Shown here piece by piece: positions 48,121-51,430 of a stretch of 51,430 nucleotides of DNA (position 1 is its first letter; each line of letters starts with the position of its first letter). Source of the DNA: Octopus bimaculoides. Lineage: Eukaryota. Below the pieces are notes generated by a model. That model was not told the origin of the DNA. It was given only the letters and a program-made list of their open reading frames with translations, and did not search any database. Made by a program: the position numbers and the translations under genes. The stretch spans positions 9,932,038 to 9,983,467 of the forward strand of contig NC_068996.1 of assembly GCF_001194135.2 (NCBI RefSeq). Direction: 5' to 3'.

Positions 48121-48832
48121 GCACACACTAGCAGGTGAGCACATAAGTGCAAAAACTGAATGCTATTAAATATTCATGTCCTTTGACTTTGGCAAAAAGG
48201 ATGATTTTAGGGTGTGGGGCAAAGGAGAAGTTACAAACGCATGTCTTGTTTTAAGGACATTAAGAGTGACGTGTATGTTGAAAGGATAAGGTTAGTTTTG
48301 GCGTGATTTTTACAGCTGGATGCCCTTCTAAATGCCAACCATATTACAGTGAGAACTGGATGCTTTTAATGTGGCATTCTCCATCCTCTAGGATGTAAAT
48401 GTATTTATGTCAATTTTGCCCTGAAGAGATTTTTATCCTCTAAATTCATAATGCGATTTAATTGTAAAATATGAATGAAAGTAGGAATTGAAACATGAGC
48501 AGGTGACATGAAAATGACTATTATGTAAATAAATTGGGTTTTTTTCTGTGTTCACACTCTCCATTTTCTTTATATTATGTTATTAAAATTCTGTTCTCCT
48601 ATATCGGATAGATGAAAACATCTATCGTGACAACTGGAACTTTATAAGTTTTAAGTACTGATGTTGAAGAAAAACCATCAATAAACACCAATACTAACAC
48701 AAATTAACAAATTCCAGGAAACTAAATTCCAGGAAACTAAACTGGTGAATGCTTTCATGAAATGCATCCCTGTTGAAAGAACAACCTCTTTCCATTTGAA
48801 ACCTATATGTACATACTTACATACATATATAT

Positions 48833-49172
48833 GGTGGCACATGAGATGTACCATTTTGAGCGTGGCCGTTGCCAGTACCGCCTGACTGGCTCCCGTAGGA
48901 TTTTCAAGCGAGATTGTTGCCAGTGCCCCTGGACTGGCTTGTGCGGGTGGCACATAAAAGACACCATTTCGAGCGTGGCCGTTTTTGTGCGGGTGACACG
49001 TAAAAGCACCCACTACACTCTCTGAGTGGTTGGCGTTAGGAAGGGCATCCAGCTGTAGAAACTCTGCCAAATTAGATTGGAGCCTGGTGTTGCCATCCGG
49101 TTTCACCAGTCCTCAGTCAAATCGTCCAACCCATGCTAGCATGGAAAGCGGACGTTAAACGATGATGATGAT
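48833..49172 (+). mobile_element. RTE 3' UTR/tail repeat A1 with rearranged tandem units
   Basis: Match to 19927-20278 with different unit order and deletions. Confidence 0.85.
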
Positions 49173-49690
49173 ATATATATATACACATACATATATATAT
49201 ATATACATACAGCAAGAAGAAAATGGAGGGGATCCAGAGGTGGTGTGCTTCAACTGTTAGACATTATAATGTCTATTTATTTATTTTAAACAATTATGAG
49301 AACATATATATAAGAGTAAAGATTGTGTTTTACATATCTAAAGTACCAGTAATTTCTAGAATAGAAAAAGAACTGGTACTTTATATATGTAAAACACAAC
49401 CTTTACACTTGTATGTATATTCTCATAATTGTTTAAAATAAATAAATGGACATAATATAATATCTAACAGTTAATGCATACTATCTCTGGATTCCATCTA
49501 TTTTCTTGCCATATAAATTAACGGTAAAACCACTTTTTACCCTTGCCCATTTATTATGCTCAGCAGTGTAATTGCCACGCAATAACTAACACTTGTGTAT
49601 TAATTAGGTATTCTACCAGAAGTATATTGGATAGATACTATCCCTTGGTTGGATTCACAACCTCTAACTTTCTTTGAATTATATATATAT

Positions 49691-49734
<44 letters not shown>

Positions 49735-49739
49735 GGAAA

Positions 49740-49880
49740 ATGGGAGACTAGCTCTTATGAATCAATAAGACTTGAGAAGGATGCTTATATGGGAGACCTA
49801 GGAAGGATGTCGGACAAAATGGTGAAGAATGACCTACAGATGCTGAGTCTTGAAACGGGGATGACAAAAGATCGAGATGA
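49740..49880 (+). mobile_element. RTE LINE ORF-end fragment
   Basis: DKMVKNDLQMLSLETGMTKDRD. Confidence 0.65.
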
Positions 49881-50313
49881 TAGTCCATCCAAGTAAAAAT
49901 GAGATCTTAAAGGCATATCATTTATATCTAGGCTCCTGCAAGTAATCTCATCATCATCATCATTATTTAACGNNNNNNNNNNNNNNNNNNNNNNNNNNNN
50001 NNNNNNNNNNNNNNNNNNNNNNNNNNNNNNNNNNNNNNNNNNNNNNNNNNNNNNNNNNNNNNNNNNNNNNNNNNNNNNNNNNNNNNNNNNNNNNNNNNNN
50101 NNNNNNNNNNNNNNNNNNNNNNNNNNNNNNNNNNNNNNNNNNNNNNNNNNNNNNNNNNNNNNNNNNNNNNNNNNNNNNNNNNNNNNNNNNNNNNNNNNNN
50201 NNNNNNNNNNNNNNNNNNNNNNNNNNNNNNNNNNNNNNNNNNNNNNNNNNNNNNNNNNNNNNNNNNNNNNNNNNNNNNNNNNNNNNNNNNNNNNNNNNNN
50301 NNNNNNNNNNNNN

Positions 50314-50655
50314 ATTTAACGTCCGCTTTCCATGCTAGCATGGGTTGGATGATTTGACTGAGGACTGGTGAACCAGATGGCTACACCAGTCTCCAATCTG
50401 ATTTGGCAGAGTTTCTACTGCTGGATGCCCTTCCTAACGCCAACCACTCAGAGTGTAGTGGGTGCTTTTACGTGTCACCCGCATGAAGGCCAGTCAGGCA
50501 GTACTGGCAACGGCCACGCTCAAAATGGTGTATTTTACGTGCCACCTGTACAGGAGCCAGTTCGAGGGCACTGGCAACAATCTCGCTCAAATGTCTTTAC
50601 ACGTGCCAGGAAGGCGACGCTGGGCACAGGTGCCATCACAATTTCGCTGTCCCTG
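50314..50655 (-). mobile_element. RTE 3' UTR repeat A1 (tail at 49948-49972, across the gap)
   Basis: Match to 4386-4706. Confidence 0.85.
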
Positions 50656-51430
50656 ATAAATTTGTTCCCCATAACACATCTTCTTAACACCCCTTTCCAC
50701 CCATGTTCATCACTCACTGCATTACCCTCCCCTCTATCTCCAAATCTTCTTTTGCAAGTTGTGAACTTATCCATTTATCGTATCACTTCACTTATATTCA
50801 CCTCTCTGTTACTTGAAGATGTCCTACAGCACATCCTCACCCCAGCTTATCTCTCTTCTCTTCTACAGCAGCACACCTGTTTCTGTCTCTCTACCATATT
50901 TTAATCTCTCTGGGGACAAAGCATCAATATAAAGCATCCTTAAGGGTTCTTGTCTTGCAAGTTCCTTGCTGATTTTACTGATGCTAGTATCACGTAAAAT
51001 GTACTCAGTACACTTTGTAAGGTGCGCTTCACATTAAGAAGGGCATCTAGTCATAGAATCTATGCCAAAACAGTGGAGCTTGTTGCAGTCTTCTAGCACA
51101 CCAGCTCATGTCAAATCATTCAACCCATTTCAGTATGGAAATCAGGTCACTTTAACCCTCCGCAAAAAATCCCAAATTTTATTTAATTTGCTTTGCAGGA
51201 AGGACTGTTTTAACGAAGTCATGTCTTGTCCCTACCTTTCAAATGCAGAGTAGATAAAACAGGGGACAGCTGATGAAGGGATTGTTCTTTATGTTGCTTG
51301 TCTCGTTTCTCTATTTGTTTCTTTCGTTGTCTAAAAAAAAGTTTGTTTTCCATGTTTTTGTTTTTTTATGTTTCGTTTTTCATTTTGTTCGCGTCTTTTT
51401 GACATCTTGTACCCATATATGCATGTATAT

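Noticed and set aside
51268-51310. CTGATGAAGGG hammerhead-like start (also CTGACGA at 34441)
   Set aside because: No closing stem II plus GAAA downstream

Overview
AT-rich, microsatellite- and retroposon-dense eukaryotic DNA with six N-gaps. The repeat complement (tRNA-derived SINEs, RTE LINE tails ending in (GAT)n, TTAA MITEs) suggests an octopus/coleoid draft assembly; this is inferred, not checked. The window holds one host gene, largely missed by the ORF track: a minus-strand NipSnap-family (NIPSNAP1/2-like) mitochondrial protein gene. Coding exons 1-8 (43687 to 6108) all have GT-AG introns and splice in frame into 244 codons; the last exons are not found and should lie left of position 1. 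Its introns (1.1-13.5 kb) carry three SINE families, RTE fragments, a 1.6 kb non-autonomous Helitron, MITEs and a piggyBac-like end; a mariner DD37D-like fragment lies upstream of the gene. Most notable unexplained structures: a hammerhead-ribozyme core with a 61-nt multi-hairpin insert in stem II (34278-34375), a 222-bp palindrome with a minimal hammerhead-like core in its loop (17039-17260), inverted SINE pairs bracketing exons, and several local duplications or templated insertions. No CRISPR, rRNA or true tRNA genes. Most listed ORFs are microsatellite, gap or repeat artefacts.
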